Source: Eubacteriales bacterium
Lineage (GTDB): Bacteria; Bacillota; Clostridia; Oscillospirales; SIG627
Assembly (NCBI GenBank): GCA_045658765.1
Contig: JAZOVP010000099.1
Location: 1 to 55,101 of the forward strand
DNA length: 55,101 nucleotides
Direction: 5' to 3'
Shown: piece by piece, positions 9,720 to 18,027 of the stretch
Position numbering within the stretch: the first letter of the stretch is position 1
How the letters are laid out: each line of letters begins with the position of its first letter
Notes under the pieces: model-generated
Database searches by the model: none
What the model saw: the letters and a program-made list of their open reading frames with translations, nothing else
What the model was told of the DNA's origin: nothing
Made by a program: the position numbers and the translations under genes

Positions 9720-9788
9720 TTACTTTCCGGAAGACAGGCAGTCCGCTGCAGCATAATAATAAAATCGGGTGGTGTAAAACTGAGTCAT
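9720..9788 (-). CDS. Aromatic-rich leader peptide (22 aa) MTQFYTTRFYYYAAADCLSSGK
   Basis: ATG ACT CAG TTT TAC ACC ACC CGA TTT TAT TAT TAT GCT GCA GCG GAC TGC CTG TCT TCC GGA AAG TAA. GGAGAA lies 8 nt upstream. The ORF sits between the promoter and the terminator; 6 of the first 12 codons are Phe or Tyr. Confidence 0.55.
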   Translation of the reverse strand: MTQFYTTRFYYYAAADCLSSGK

Positions 9789-9820
9789 ACCGCCTTCTCC
9801 TTTTTTCAGAATTTTTAATC

Positions 9821-9849
9821 ATTATATTCCCTTTTTTTCCAACTGTCAA
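9821..9849 (-). promoter_or_regulatory. Sigma-A type promoter of the aro operon
   Basis: On the minus strand: TTGACA, 17 nt, TATAAT (perfect consensus). Confidence 0.7.
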
Positions 9850-9905
9850 GTCAATCAATAAAAAAAGTCCAAAAACCGCCGCCCAAAGTCCGCCCCTCTT
9901 TTTTC

Positions 9906-9940
9906 ACCAAAAAAGAAAAAGTCCGATTGTTCGGACTTTT
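9906..9940 (-). terminator. Rho-independent terminator after sigF
   Basis: Stem AAAGTCCGA / TCGGACTTT with loop TTGT, and a T-run on the minus strand. Confidence 0.7.
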
Positions 9941-10658
9941 AAGAAGCAGAGAAAAATTCTTCCCGCATTTTCTTTAAAATTCTTTTTTCCTCGCGCGAAA
10001 CCTTCACCTGCGTGCATCCCAAAAATCGTGCCGTTTGCGCTTGGGTGAGCGATTTAAAATAGCGCAGTTCAATGAGCATCCTCTCGTTTTTCGGCAAAGC
10101 CGCCACCGCCTCGCGAAGCGCGATCTTCCCAAGCGCTTCCTCAATGTTGTCTTCTCCAATGATCTTCTCGGGCGAAAAGCCCGTGGCTTCATCCTCTTCA
10201 TAAAGCGAAAGCGCGGGTCTTGCCGATTCCAGTGCCATCACCGCCTTTTCCTCGGAAACCGCAAGGGCAGAGCAAATCAAATCAAGGGTTGGGCTTTTGC
10301 CCTCTTTTTTTTCGTATTCTTCCGTGAAGCGAAAAATCGAGGCGGCAAGGGATTTTGTTTCTCGGCTGATCTTGATCCAGCCGTCATCGCGCAAAAATCG
10401 CTTGATCTCGCCCATAATGAGAGGCACCGCATAGGTGGTGAATTTGCAATCCTTTTCGGGCAAAAATCCGCGAATCGCCTTGATCATTCCCATCGTGCCG
10501 ATTTGGATCAAATCTTCCAGTTCCACCCCGCGCCCCGTAAAGCGAAGCGCAATGCTCTTCACCAGCCCAAGATTGGTGGAAACAATCTTCTCCATCGCCT
10601 CGCGATCCCCTTCTTTTGCAAGAAGGAGTGTTTCGGGATCGTTTATGTAAGGCGTCAT
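9939..10658 (-). CDS. sigF: Sporulation sigma factor SigF
   Basis: Sigma-70 regions 2-4 (DLIQIGTMGMIKAIRGF, a C-terminal HTH). Third gene after spoIIAA-spoIIAB. Start set at ATG 10658, which overlaps the spoIIAB TGA by 1 nt. Confidence 0.85.
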   Translation of the reverse strand: MTPYINDPETLLLAKEGDREAMEKIVSTNLGLVKSIALRFTGRGVELEDLIQIGTMGMIKAIRGFLPEKDCKFTTYAVPLIMGEIKRFLRDDGWIKISRETKSLAASIFRFTEEYEKKEGKSPTLDLICSALAVSEEKAVMALESARPALSLYEEDEATGFSPEKIIGEDNIEEALGKIALREAVAALPKNERMLIELRYFKSLTQAQTARFLGCTQVKVSREEKRILKKMREEFFSAS

Positions 10659-11089
10659 CAAAGTTTTTTTCTCATGGTAATCCGAGTAAGCCCGGGCTTT
10701 GAGGTAATGCGCACCGAATTGCAAAAAGCGGCAATAATCGGAAGCCCCATTCCGCTTCGCTCTCCCTCGCGATCGGTGGTGAAAAAGGGCTCCATCGCTT
10801 TTTCCACATCCTCGATCCCGCGCCCTTTATCCGTTACCCGTATCATCAGGGTTCGATTTTCATAAAAGCAGAATTCCAAGGTAACATATACCTTCTCGTT
10901 TTCCATTCCGCGGTATCCGTGCACGATCGCATTGGTAACCGCCTCGCTCACCACAGTTTTAATATCGGAAAGCTCCTCCGGCGTTACCCCGAGGTGCATC
11001 AAAAAGCCCGCCGCCACCACGCGTGCAAAACTTTCGTTTTCACTTCGCGCCAAAAAATGAATCTTCGCAGAATTTTGAATCTTGTTCAT
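10658..11089 (-). CDS. spoIIAB: Anti-sigma F factor (serine kinase) SpoIIAB
   Basis: GHKL ATPase motifs (EAVTNAIVHG, DKGRGIED, GMGL). The start is uncertain between 11089 and 11107; 11089 gives 143 aa and has an AAAGGAAA RBS. Confidence 0.8.
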   Translation of the reverse strand: MNKIQNSAKIHFLARSENESFARVVAAGFLMHLGVTPEELSDIKTVVSEAVTNAIVHGYRGMENEKVYVTLEFCFYENRTLMIRVTDKGRGIEDVEKAMEPFFTTDREGERSGMGLPIIAAFCNSVRITSKPGLTRITMRKKL

Positions 11090-11411
11090 TCTCGTTTCCT
11101 TTCGCATATTGAATTTCCAGCATTTTATCCACCCCCGCAAATTTCAAAATTCTCAAGCAGTCTTTTGCGGGATTTTGGAGCACAAAACCGCACCCCTCTT
11201 CTTCCGTTTTGCGCTTTCTTCCCAAAATAAGCCCGAGCCCCGAAGAATCCATAAAATCCGTTTCGCCAAGATCCAGAATCAGTCGGCGGGGCTTTGCGCT
11301 CTTTAGCTTTCGATCAATCTCATCGCGAATTCCGGGTGCGCTGTGATGGTCAATATCGCCTGTGATACGGGCAATCAAATCGCCGTTTTGTTCTATTGTT
11401 TCCAGTTTCAT
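11040..11411 (-). CDS. spoIIAA: Anti-sigma F factor antagonist SpoIIAA (STAS domain)
   Basis: The DFMDSSGLG phosphorylatable-serine motif is present. The real start is ATG 11411 (MKLETIEQ...); the ORF-track N-terminal extension is rejected. Confidence 0.8.
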   Translation of the reverse strand: MKLETIEQNGDLIARITGDIDHHSAPGIRDEIDRKLKSAKPRRLILDLGETDFMDSSGLGLILGRKRKTEEEGCGFVLQNPAKDCLRILKFAGVDKMLEIQYAKGNENEQDSKFCEDSFFGAK

Positions 11412-11495
11412 CGTCTTATCCTTTCTGTTTCCTTTCCGAGGTGATTGTAGCAAAAAGAAAAAGAGGATTTTGTCATTTTCTGCGTTTTGCCTCGA

Positions 11496-11524
11496 TTGAC
11501 TTTTTTGCCCGCCAAAGTTATAAT
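11496..11524 (+). promoter_or_regulatory. Sigma-A type promoter of xth
   Basis: TTGACT, 17 nt, TATAAT, 25 nt upstream of the xth ATG. Confidence 0.6.
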
Positions 11525-11549
11525 AAAGAAAAGAAAGGGAGGATAAAAA

Positions 11550-12305
11550 ATGAAACTCATCTCTTGGAATGTAAACGGTCTGCGCGCCTGCAAAGAAAAG
11601 GGCTTTTTTGATTTTTTCGAATCGGCTTCTGCCGATCTTTTCTGCGTGCAGGAAAGCAAAATGCAAAAGGAGCAAGCCGAAATCCTCACCCCCAATCACC
11701 TCCAGTTCTGGTCGAGTGCCGAAAAAAAGGGCTATTCGGGCACGGTGATCTTCTCAAAAAAAGAGCCCCTTTCGGTGCAGTATGGCATCGATGGCAAATA
11801 TAGCGATGAAGGGCGGCTCATCACCTTGGAATTCGATTCCTTCTATCTTGTGAATTCCTATACCCCCAATTCCCAAAACGAACTCAAGCGCCTCCCGTTT
11901 CGTATGCAGTATGAAGATGATCTAAGGGAATATCTATCCGATCTCAAGGCAAAAAAAAGCGTGATCCTCTGCGGCGATCTGAATGGGGCGCATCAAGAGA
12001 TCGATCTGAAAAATCCCAAAACAAATATTGGAAATCCCGGCTTTTCCCCCGAAGAGCGCGAAAAATTCTCGCGTCTTCTGGAGGCGGGCTTTGTGGATTC
12101 CTTCCGCTATCTTTATCCCGATCAAACCGATGCCTATTCTTGGTGGAGCTATCGTATGCGCGCCAGAGAGCGAAATGTGGGCTGGAGAATCGATTATTTC
12201 GTGGTTTCCGAAGATCTTGCTCCCAAAATTTGCGATAGCAGAATTCTCCCCGAAATCTTCGGCTCCGATCACTGTCCGGTTGAACTCACCATCAATATCA
12301 AATGA
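11550..12305 (+). CDS. xth: Exodeoxyribonuclease III
   Basis: MKLISWNVNGLRA, CVQESK and SDHCPV motifs; GGAGGA RBS. Confidence 0.9.
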   Translation: MKLISWNVNGLRACKEKGFFDFFESASADLFCVQESKMQKEQAEILTPNHLQFWSSAEKKGYSGTVIFSKKEPLSVQYGIDGKYSDEGRLITLEFDSFYLVNSYTPNSQNELKRLPFRMQYEDDLREYLSDLKAKKSVILCGDLNGAHQEIDLKNPKTNIGNPGFSPEEREKFSRLLEAGFVDSFRYLYPDQTDAYSWWSYRMRARERNVGWRIDYFVVSEDLAPKICDSRILPEIFGSDHCPVELTINIK

Positions 12306-13609
12306 AAAGAAATTCGTTTTTTATTGGGTGTTTTCGTTTTCTTCGTTCGCTCTTTTCTCCCGCGGTGATTTTTTTCTCGCTCACCCTTCTTCTCTTTGCT
12401 TTTTTGAGCGGATATTTATTTACCCCGCCCGAAAAAAAAGAGAATCTTTCCGAAGAAGAGGAATATCGCCTTTTGGAAGATGCCCTTCTTGATATGCAAA
12501 GAAGTGTGGCAAAAGCGCCCACCGAAGAAGCAAAGCGTCCGTTCCGAGAAGGTGTTTTCTTTTATAAAACCGCGATGGAAGAAAAAATCCCCGTGTGGTC
12601 AAGCTCGTTTTATTCCGAAGTGCTCCATCGCCTTTCCATCCTTTTGGCATCCCCCGAAAAAACCGATCAAACCGAAAAGGAAATCAAAAGTTTAAAAGAA
12701 ATCCTCGAAAAGGAAGATCGGGAGGGCTTTGTTTTCTATCTCGAAGAAAAAATGCGCCAATCGGGCAATTTTTCCGAAAAAGAAATCGCGCTTCATCGCG
12801 ATCAGAATTTTCTGATTTTTTCAAAAGATAATCCCGAATCCGCAGGCAGGGAAGAGCTTCTGGAAGATATTTTCCTTTTAAGGGAAAGTCTTTTGGAAGG
12901 AAAAAATAAATTCCACCTCGCCGAAAAAGAAGCAAAATTCGATGAGAGGAAAGCCCAAAAGCTCAAAACCCTCATGAATTTCAAAATCGATCAGTATGAA
13001 TCGGGAAGGTTTTTATCCACCCCCGCAAACGATCAAACCCTCCGCTCGAGCGAATCCTTTTTAGTGCTTCTTTTTGCGCTTGTTTTCCTGTTTGCGGCAG
13101 CAAAAAAAGAAAAAGAGGAAGAAAAATCTCCTCTTTCGGTTAAAATTGTATCCTATCTTTTATTTTCCGTCTTGCATGTTGTGCTCATCGCTTTTGTTTT
13201 GATTTTCAGCGCTCGGCACTTCTCGGCGGACACGGCAATCCCCCTTATTCTCCTTTCCCGAAAATCCTTTTTTTCGATCCCGTTTGCCCTTGGCGTTTTC
13301 CTTCGCCTTCTTTTGCGCGCTTTGCCGTATTTGCCCTTTTTCCTCTTCTTTTTTGCGGAAAAGAAAAATGCACGCCCCGCGGCACTCGGCATTCTTTCTT
13401 GGTATCTTTTCGGTGTTTTTGCCCCCTTTTTCGGCAAAGTGGGAATTCAAATCGGGCAAGTTTTCTTTCTTGCAGATTCCGTTTTCCCCTCTCCTTCGCG
13501 CTTCACCCTTTTGCCCCCAAGCCCCCTCTGGAGCGTGGCGGTTTTGCTGCTTCTTTCGGCAATCCCGATGTTTCTTATCCTCAAAAGCAAAAAAAGAAAA
13601 GATGTGTGA
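12302..13609 (+). CDS. Hypothetical polytopic membrane protein
   Basis: ATGA overlap with xth. It has an N-terminal TM segment, a charged central region, and several C-terminal hydrophobic segments. No recognisable family. Confidence 0.6.
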   Translation: MKRNSFFIGCFRFLRSLFSPAVIFFSLTLLLFAFLSGYLFTPPEKKENLSEEEEYRLLEDALLDMQRSVAKAPTEEAKRPFREGVFFYKTAMEEKIPVWSSSFYSEVLHRLSILLASPEKTDQTEKEIKSLKEILEKEDREGFVFYLEEKMRQSGNFSEKEIALHRDQNFLIFSKDNPESAGREELLEDIFLLRESLLEGKNKFHLAEKEAKFDERKAQKLKTLMNFKIDQYESGRFLSTPANDQTLRSSESFLVLLFALVFLFAAAKKEKEEEKSPLSVKIVSYLLFSVLHVVLIAFVLIFSARHFSADTAIPLILLSRKSFFSIPFALGVFLRLLLRALPYLPFFLFFFAEKKNARPAALGILSWYLFGVFAPFFGKVGIQIGQVFFLADSVFPSPSRFTLLPPSPLWSVAVLLLLSAIPMFLILKSKKRKDV

Positions 13610-13630
13610 ATCAGTTCACACATCTTTTTT
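13601..13630. terminator. Bidirectional terminator shared by convergent genes
   Basis: GATGTGTGAA-tcag-TTCACACATC followed by TTTTTT. The stem overlaps both stop codons. Confidence 0.65.
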
Positions 13631-14758
13631 ATATACCCGTTCCACTCTCGGCATAAAGGTGCAAATCACCTCATAGGAAAATGAGCCGCAAAGGGATCCG
13701 AATTCTTCCGCGGTAATTTCAAGGGTTCCGTTTTTCCCCAAAACCGTGGCAACATCGCCGATTTCAATCTCGTCGATCTCGCTCACATCCACCATAATCT
13801 GATCCATGCAAACTTTTCCAACCAAGGGAGCTTTTTTGCCTCGAATCAAAACATATCCCTTGCCGGTGAGTGCGCGGTTGAATCCGTCGGCATAGCCGAT
13901 GGAAACCGTGGCAATCTTCTTTTCGCAAGGCGCGGTGTAAATCTGCCCGTAGCCGATTTTCGTTCCCGCAGGCACGGTTTTCACGTGAATCACATGGCTG
14001 ATCACTTCCATTGCAGGGCGAAGCGGAATTTCTTTTTTCACTTCGTCGGAAGGATAAAGCCCGTAAAGCGCAATGCCAAGGCGGCAAAGATCGTATTTCG
14101 CATCCAGTTCCATCGCGCCGGCGCTGTTGGAAATGTGTTTGATCGGAATCTTTATCCCAAAGGAATCAATTTTTTCCAAAAAGGAATCAAAAATCGCCTT
14201 TTGCGCCAAAGCGGCGGTTTTATCTTCTTCATCTGCGGTGGCAAAGTGGCTGAAAATTCCCTCAAGAAAAAGATTCGGCAAAAGCGAAATCTCTCTGATT
14301 GCTTCCGCGCTCTTTTCGCTCGGGCAAAAGCCGATTCTTGCCATTCCCGTATCGAGCGCAATGTGGATTTTGGCAATTTTCCCCATTCTTTCCGCCGCAA
14401 GCGAAAGGGCTTTTGCTTCGGAAAGACGATAAATCGTTGCCGTGATCTCGTTTTCAATCAGCACCTTGTAAAAATCGGGCGCAGTATAGGATAAAATCAA
14501 AATCGGCTTTGTGATTCCCGCACGGCGAAGCTCAAGCGCTTCTTCAATGCAGGCAACTCCGAAATAATCGGCGCCCTTTTCCAAAAGGCGCGAAATCTCC
14601 ACCGCTCCGTGCCCATAGGCATTTGCTTTCACCACCGCCATTTTTTTGGTGTTTTGCCCCAAATGTGCCGAAAGAGTTTTAAAATTCTGATCCACAGCAC
14701 CAAGATCAATGCGGGCAAAAGCGCGGTGATACGGCGTTTTTTCTTGTGTAAAGCTCAA
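13616..14758 (-). CDS. alr: Alanine racemase
   Basis: VKANAYGHG PLP motif; alanine racemase-like along the full length. Start uncertain: I prefer TTG 14758 (AGGA RBS 6 nt upstream) over the ORF-track TTG 14794. Confidence 0.85.
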   Translation of the reverse strand: MSFTQEKTPYHRAFARIDLGAVDQNFKTLSAHLGQNTKKMAVVKANAYGHGAVEISRLLEKGADYFGVACIEEALELRRAGITKPILILSYTAPDFYKVLIENEITATIYRLSEAKALSLAAERMGKIAKIHIALDTGMARIGFCPSEKSAEAIREISLLPNLFLEGIFSHFATADEEDKTAALAQKAIFDSFLEKIDSFGIKIPIKHISNSAGAMELDAKYDLCRLGIALYGLYPSDEVKKEIPLRPAMEVISHVIHVKTVPAGTKIGYGQIYTAPCEKKIATVSIGYADGFNRALTGKGYVLIRGKKAPLVGKVCMDQIMVDVSEIDEIEIGDVATVLGKNGTLEITAEEFGSLCGSFSYEVICTFMPRVERVYKKDV

Positions 14759-14775
14759 ATTCAATCCTCGTTTTC

Positions 14776-15618
14776 TTAATTGGTTGCTTCCCAAAATTCG
14801 TTCAGCACTTCATCCTGAAGTGTTTTCACAATCTCGGGCGCCTTGCCGCCGATTTTCTTGCCGTCGATCTCTTCTGCGCAAAGGCAGAAGGTGGAGGAGG
14901 AAGAAACCAGCACTTCATCCGCATTCATCATCTCTTCCACGGTAAAGGGAGTTTCGTCAACGGGAATCCCGTGCTTTTTGCAAGCGCGGATCAGGTGCGC
15001 TCTTGCAATACCGGGCAGAATGAGGTTATCCGTGGGGGCAGTTTTAAATACCCCGTCTTTGATGATGTGCACGTTGCTGTGAGCGCACTCGGTAACCCTT
15101 TCTCCTCTGTGAAGCACAGTTTCAAAACAGCCCGCTTCTTTTGCAAGCTGGGAAGCCATCACCGAAGGAATCAGATTCAAGGTTTTGATGTTGCAATGCA
15201 AAAATCTGGTGTCTTCTGCAGTGATCAGGCGAATTTTCGGATAAATATCCATCAGTTCTTTCGGAGTGATGGTGATCCAAAGATTGGCTTTCGATCCGTC
15301 GTCGGGGAAAACATGCGCTCTCGGGCCCGAGCCGCGGGTGAGCTGCCAATAAACAAAGCAGTTGCCCGTATCCATTTTCGCGAGCATATCATTCAAAATC
15401 TGTGCCATTTCTTCTTTGGTTTGGGCGGGCTCAATTTTCAAAAGAGCGGCGCTGTTGAAAAGGCGATCCAAATGTTCGTCGAGCGCAAAGATTTTATAAT
15501 TGCGGCTGGAGGTGGCTTCATAAACGCCATCGCCAAACCAGCACACGCGATCTGCCATCGGAATGCTCATATTTTCAATTTCATCAAATTTTCCGTTGTA
15601 GTAGCCAAGTCTTTTCAT
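14776..15618 (-). CDS. dat: D-amino-acid (D-alanine) aminotransferase, fold type IV
   Basis: Resembles the class IV aminotransferase family (FGDGVYE, LHRGERVTECAHSN). Lies adjacent to alr. Confidence 0.8.
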   Translation of the reverse strand: MKRLGYYNGKFDEIENMSIPMADRVCWFGDGVYEATSSRNYKIFALDEHLDRLFNSAALLKIEPAQTKEEMAQILNDMLAKMDTGNCFVYWQLTRGSGPRAHVFPDDGSKANLWITITPKELMDIYPKIRLITAEDTRFLHCNIKTLNLIPSVMASQLAKEAGCFETVLHRGERVTECAHSNVHIIKDGVFKTAPTDNLILPGIARAHLIRACKKHGIPVDETPFTVEEMMNADEVLVSSSSTFCLCAEEIDGKKIGGKAPEIVKTLQDEVLNEFWEATN

Positions 15619-15676
15619 AAAAGAAACCTCGTTTTCAAAATAATAAAAAAATCTGTGCGATTTCTCTCAATGCTAT

Positions 15677-15705
15677 ATTATATCCCCATTCTTTCATTCC
15701 GTCAA
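15677..15705 (-). promoter_or_regulatory. Sigma-A type promoter of dat-alr
   Basis: On the minus strand: TTGACG, 17 nt, TATAAT. Confidence 0.6.
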
Positions 15706-15724
15706 TAAACAAGAGCGCAAAAAA

Positions 15725-15757
15725 CAAAAAAGAAGAGCTTTTGCTCTTCTTTTTTTA
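15725..15757. terminator. Rho-independent terminator
   Basis: AGAAGAGC-tttt-GCTCTTCT flanked by A and T runs. Confidence 0.65.
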
Positions 15758-16189
15758 TAAATAACCTCGCAAATCCACCGCAAGGTTTTCTTCGATTGCA
15801 ATCAGGCGCTTTGTGATGTCTTTTGCCGCTTCGTCTGCGGCGGCATATTGATTGAGGTATCGGCTCAAGGATTTTATTCCCATATTGCATCCGTCGGTCA
15901 TCAAATCGGCAACGGTTTGATCGGAATGATTCATTCGCATTTTAAATTCCGTTTTCATTTTGCTCATTCCTTCGGCAATCGGATTCGGATCTTTTCCCTC
16001 ATCGCCGAATCGATCAAGCGCCTTTTCAATTTCGGTGGCAATTTTTTCGTGTTCTTTTTTGCATTCCACCAAAATATCCTTCATCGTTTTGCTTTGAATC
16101 TCATCTCTCACATCATCGATCGATTCAATGCCCATTTTCACTCCCGCATCGCATTCGCGAAGAAGGCGGATCGTATCTTTTTCAATCAT
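15755..16189 (-). CDS. Hypothetical helical cytoplasmic protein (144 aa)
   Basis: Start reset to ATG 16189 (MIEKDTIRLL...), with an AAGGAGAA RBS. Charged, helix-rich sequence; family not recognised with confidence. Confidence 0.6.
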   Translation of the reverse strand: MIEKDTIRLLRECDAGVKMGIESIDDVRDEIQSKTMKDILVECKKEHEKIATEIEKALDRFGDEGKDPNPIAEGMSKMKTEFKMRMNHSDQTVADLMTDGCNMGIKSLSRYLNQYAAADEAAKDITKRLIAIEENLAVDLRGYL

Positions 16190-16258
16190 AGCGTTTCTCC
16201 TTTTTTGAATAGTATGCCGCAAAAAAAGAAAAACTATCACAAAAAAGAAAGAAATCAA

Positions 16259-16471
16259 ATGCCCTATTTCGATTATCACGCCACCGCCAAAAAACTCATT
16301 CGGGAGGGAAAGCTCATTTCATGGCATTTTGCCGAAAATCATAATGGAATTCCAAATGCCATCGTGTTGCATTTTCGCGATGAAAAGCATCCCGTTATGC
16401 CCATCCGCGCCCATCGCCACGAGGAATACCTTTTCCTTCTCGAAAAAGAAGAGCAAAAAAACAAGCCGTAA
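16259..16471 (+). CDS. Small hypothetical protein (70 aa)
   Basis: MPYFDYHATAKKLIREGK... It ends at a strong terminator and has a weak RBS. The upstream part of ORF 15848..16471 is antisense of the neighbouring gene. Confidence 0.45.
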   Translation: MPYFDYHATAKKLIREGKLISWHFAENHNGIPNAIVLHFRDEKHPVMPIRAHRHEEYLFLLEKEEQKNKP

Positions 16472-16490
16472 TCACGGCTTGTTTTTTTTA
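16459..16490. terminator. Bidirectional rho-independent terminator
   Basis: AAACAAGCCG-taatca-CGGCTTGTTT followed by TTTTT. Confidence 0.75.
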
Positions 16491-16838
16491 TAAAATTTTA
16501 TTCCATTCCGCTTCTCGAAAGCCCACCAAAATAAAATCTTCCCCAATCAAAATCGGGCGCTTCACCAGCATTCCGTCGGAGGCAAGAAGCGATATTTTTT
16601 CTTCGTCGCTTGCTTCGGGCAAACGGCTTTTCAGATCCATCGATCGATATAAAAGCCCGCTGGTATTGAAAAAGTTTTTCAGCAAAAGCCCGCTTTTTTT
16701 GTGCCACTCGCGAATTTCCTCTTCCGAGGGGGGATTTTCTTTGATATTACGCAAAGAAAATTTGATTTTGTTTTTCTCAAGCCAAAGAGCCGCTTTTTTG
16801 CAGGTGGTGCATTTCGGGTAGCAAAGAAATGTGATCAT
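16488..16838 (-). CDS. ArsC/Spx-family (arsenate reductase-like, YffB-type) protein
   Basis: N-terminal CxxC-like motif (YPKCTTCKKA), LVKRPIL motif, 116 aa. Confidence 0.7.
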   Translation of the reverse strand: MITFLCYPKCTTCKKAALWLEKNKIKFSLRNIKENPPSEEEIREWHKKSGLLLKNFFNTSGLLYRSMDLKSRLPEASDEEKISLLASDGMLVKRPILIGEDFILVGFREAEWNKIL

Positions 16839-17149
16839 GCCTCTTCTCCTTCTATCACTTCCAGATAAAAACTCACGGGGCGAAATCCGTCGTTGCAGGA
16901 AATCATGGCCGATTTGCGGTTTTTCATCCAGCCGTCAAAAAAATTCTCTTCTCCGTTTGCTAATCGTTCGGCAAACGGGCCCACCGAATCCCAAGCATTC
17001 CCGCAAAACCCATCGGGAATGATCCCGTTTTCGCAGAAAAACACTTTGCCCGGCTCCATTTCGCAGGGATTTTCGAGCGGGTTTTCATATTGTTCCATCA
17101 AATCCGCGTGCTCGGCTTTTCTCATCACCGTAATTCTAACTCTTTTCAT
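16835..17149 (-). CDS. Small Cys-rich protein resembling the TIGR04076 family (104 aa)
   Basis: MKRVRITVMRKAEHADLMEQYENPLENPCEMEPGKVFF... Only the last 104 codons of ORF 16835..17578 look coding. ATGA overlap with the downstream gene. Confidence 0.6.
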   Translation of the reverse strand: MKRVRITVMRKAEHADLMEQYENPLENPCEMEPGKVFFCENGIIPDGFCGNAWDSVGPFAERLANGEENFFDGWMKNRKSAMISCNDGFRPVSFYLEVIEGEEA

Positions 17150-17220
17150 TTCCTCGCCCCTTCCTTTTTTTATCATACCATAAATCCTCTCCCTCGCGCA
17201 AGAAAAAAGAATTTCGAATT

Positions 17221-17363
17221 TTTTCAAAAAATTTTCCCGAAAAAACCAATTGGCAGATTTTTTCGCCGATAACAATAGTGAAAGAGGCAAAAAACGCTTT
17301 TTTTCAAAAAATTTTCCCGAAAAACCCAATTGGCGCATTTTTTCGCCGATAACAATAGTGAAA
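17221..17363. repeat. Tandem direct duplication: two 63-bp copies with an 80-bp period
   Basis: Copy 1 (17221-17283) and copy 2 (17301-17363) differ at 3 positions. Both read TTTTCAAAAAATTTTCCCGAAAAA(A/C)CCAATTGGC(AG/GC)ATTTTTTCGCCGATAACAATAGTGAAA. Confidence 0.85.
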
Positions 17364-17385
17364 ACCGAAAGAGAGGAACTTTCCA

Positions 17386-18015
17386 ATGAAAAAACTTTGC
17401 AGCTTTGTTTTATTTTTGAGTATGGTTGTTTGTATGCTTCCTTCCTTCCGCCTGATCCTTTCCGATTCAAAAGCAGGTTTCGAGCGTAGCATGGGAGGAA
17501 TCGTAACCGAAGAAACAAAAAAATTCTATCTTGAAAAATTCGGCTCTGCCGAAACTCCGGAAGATCTGACCGACGCACTTCTCGCCTTTGCCCTCGAAAA
17601 TTTTGTGTATGATGACAGCGTGGTTTCTCGCCCTCAAATCGCCGATAATCATCGCTTCATTTTCAAAAATTGCTTCCACGGTGTTTGTATGGATTTTTCC
17701 GCGTTTGTGAAAAGTGCCGTTCAAGTGGTTTCCGATGAAAAGGGCTGGGATCATGTTGGCTGCGTGGTTGTTTTGGGGTATGATTCCGTGTTCAGCGAGG
17801 GGCACGCCACCAATTATATCGTGATCGAAAATCCCGATGGCACTGCCAAGATTTTCGTGCTCGATACCACGTGGGAGGTAGACAGAAACAAAAAAGGCCT
17901 CCCCCTGCAAGGACTGAATTTTTATTATCCCGTTACCAAAGAGGAAAATCGCAAAGAAAAAATCAATGCCCTTTTTGATTCCTATTATCAGTACCGCGTT
18001 TCGGTTGTTGTGTGA
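17386..18015 (+). CDS. Secreted or membrane-anchored transglutaminase-like cysteine protease domain protein
   Basis: N-terminal hydrophobic signal. A Cys-His-Asp arrangement typical of the transglutaminase core: GVCMDFSAF, GHATNY, VLDTTW. Confidence 0.6.
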   Translation: MKKLCSFVLFLSMVVCMLPSFRLILSDSKAGFERSMGGIVTEETKKFYLEKFGSAETPEDLTDALLAFALENFVYDDSVVSRPQIADNHRFIFKNCFHGVCMDFSAFVKSAVQVVSDEKGWDHVGCVVVLGYDSVFSEGHATNYIVIENPDGTAKIFVLDTTWEVDRNKKGLPLQGLNFYYPVTKEENRKEKINALFDSYYQYRVSVVV

Positions 18016-18027
18016 GGAGGTGATTTT

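Noticed and set aside
9760-9800. GGGTGGTG...ACCGCC string that looked like a T-box or terminator element upstream of the aro operon
   Set aside because: It reads that way only on the plus strand, while the operon is on the minus strand. On the sense strand this segment is the RBS and start of the leader peptide. No specifier loop, AGAGA box or T-box sequence is present.
11412-11699. N-terminal extension of the spoIIAA ORF to 219 aa
   Set aside because: The extension overlaps the xth promoter and start, and it has no STAS homology. The MKLETIEQ start at 11411 gives a normal-length SpoIIAA.
17221-17363. Possible CRISPR array next to the cas10-like operon
   Set aside because: There are only two copies, each 63 bp long with a 17-bp spacer, and they are A/T-tract rich and promoter-like. 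This does not fit CRISPR repeat/spacer geometry. No other intergenic region in the window contains three or more regularly spaced repeats.
16835-17578. 247-aa ORF spanning the intergenic repeat region
   Set aside because: Only the C-terminal 104 codons (16835-17149) have an RBS and protein-like sequence. The upstream part runs through the tandem repeats and translates to low-complexity sequence.
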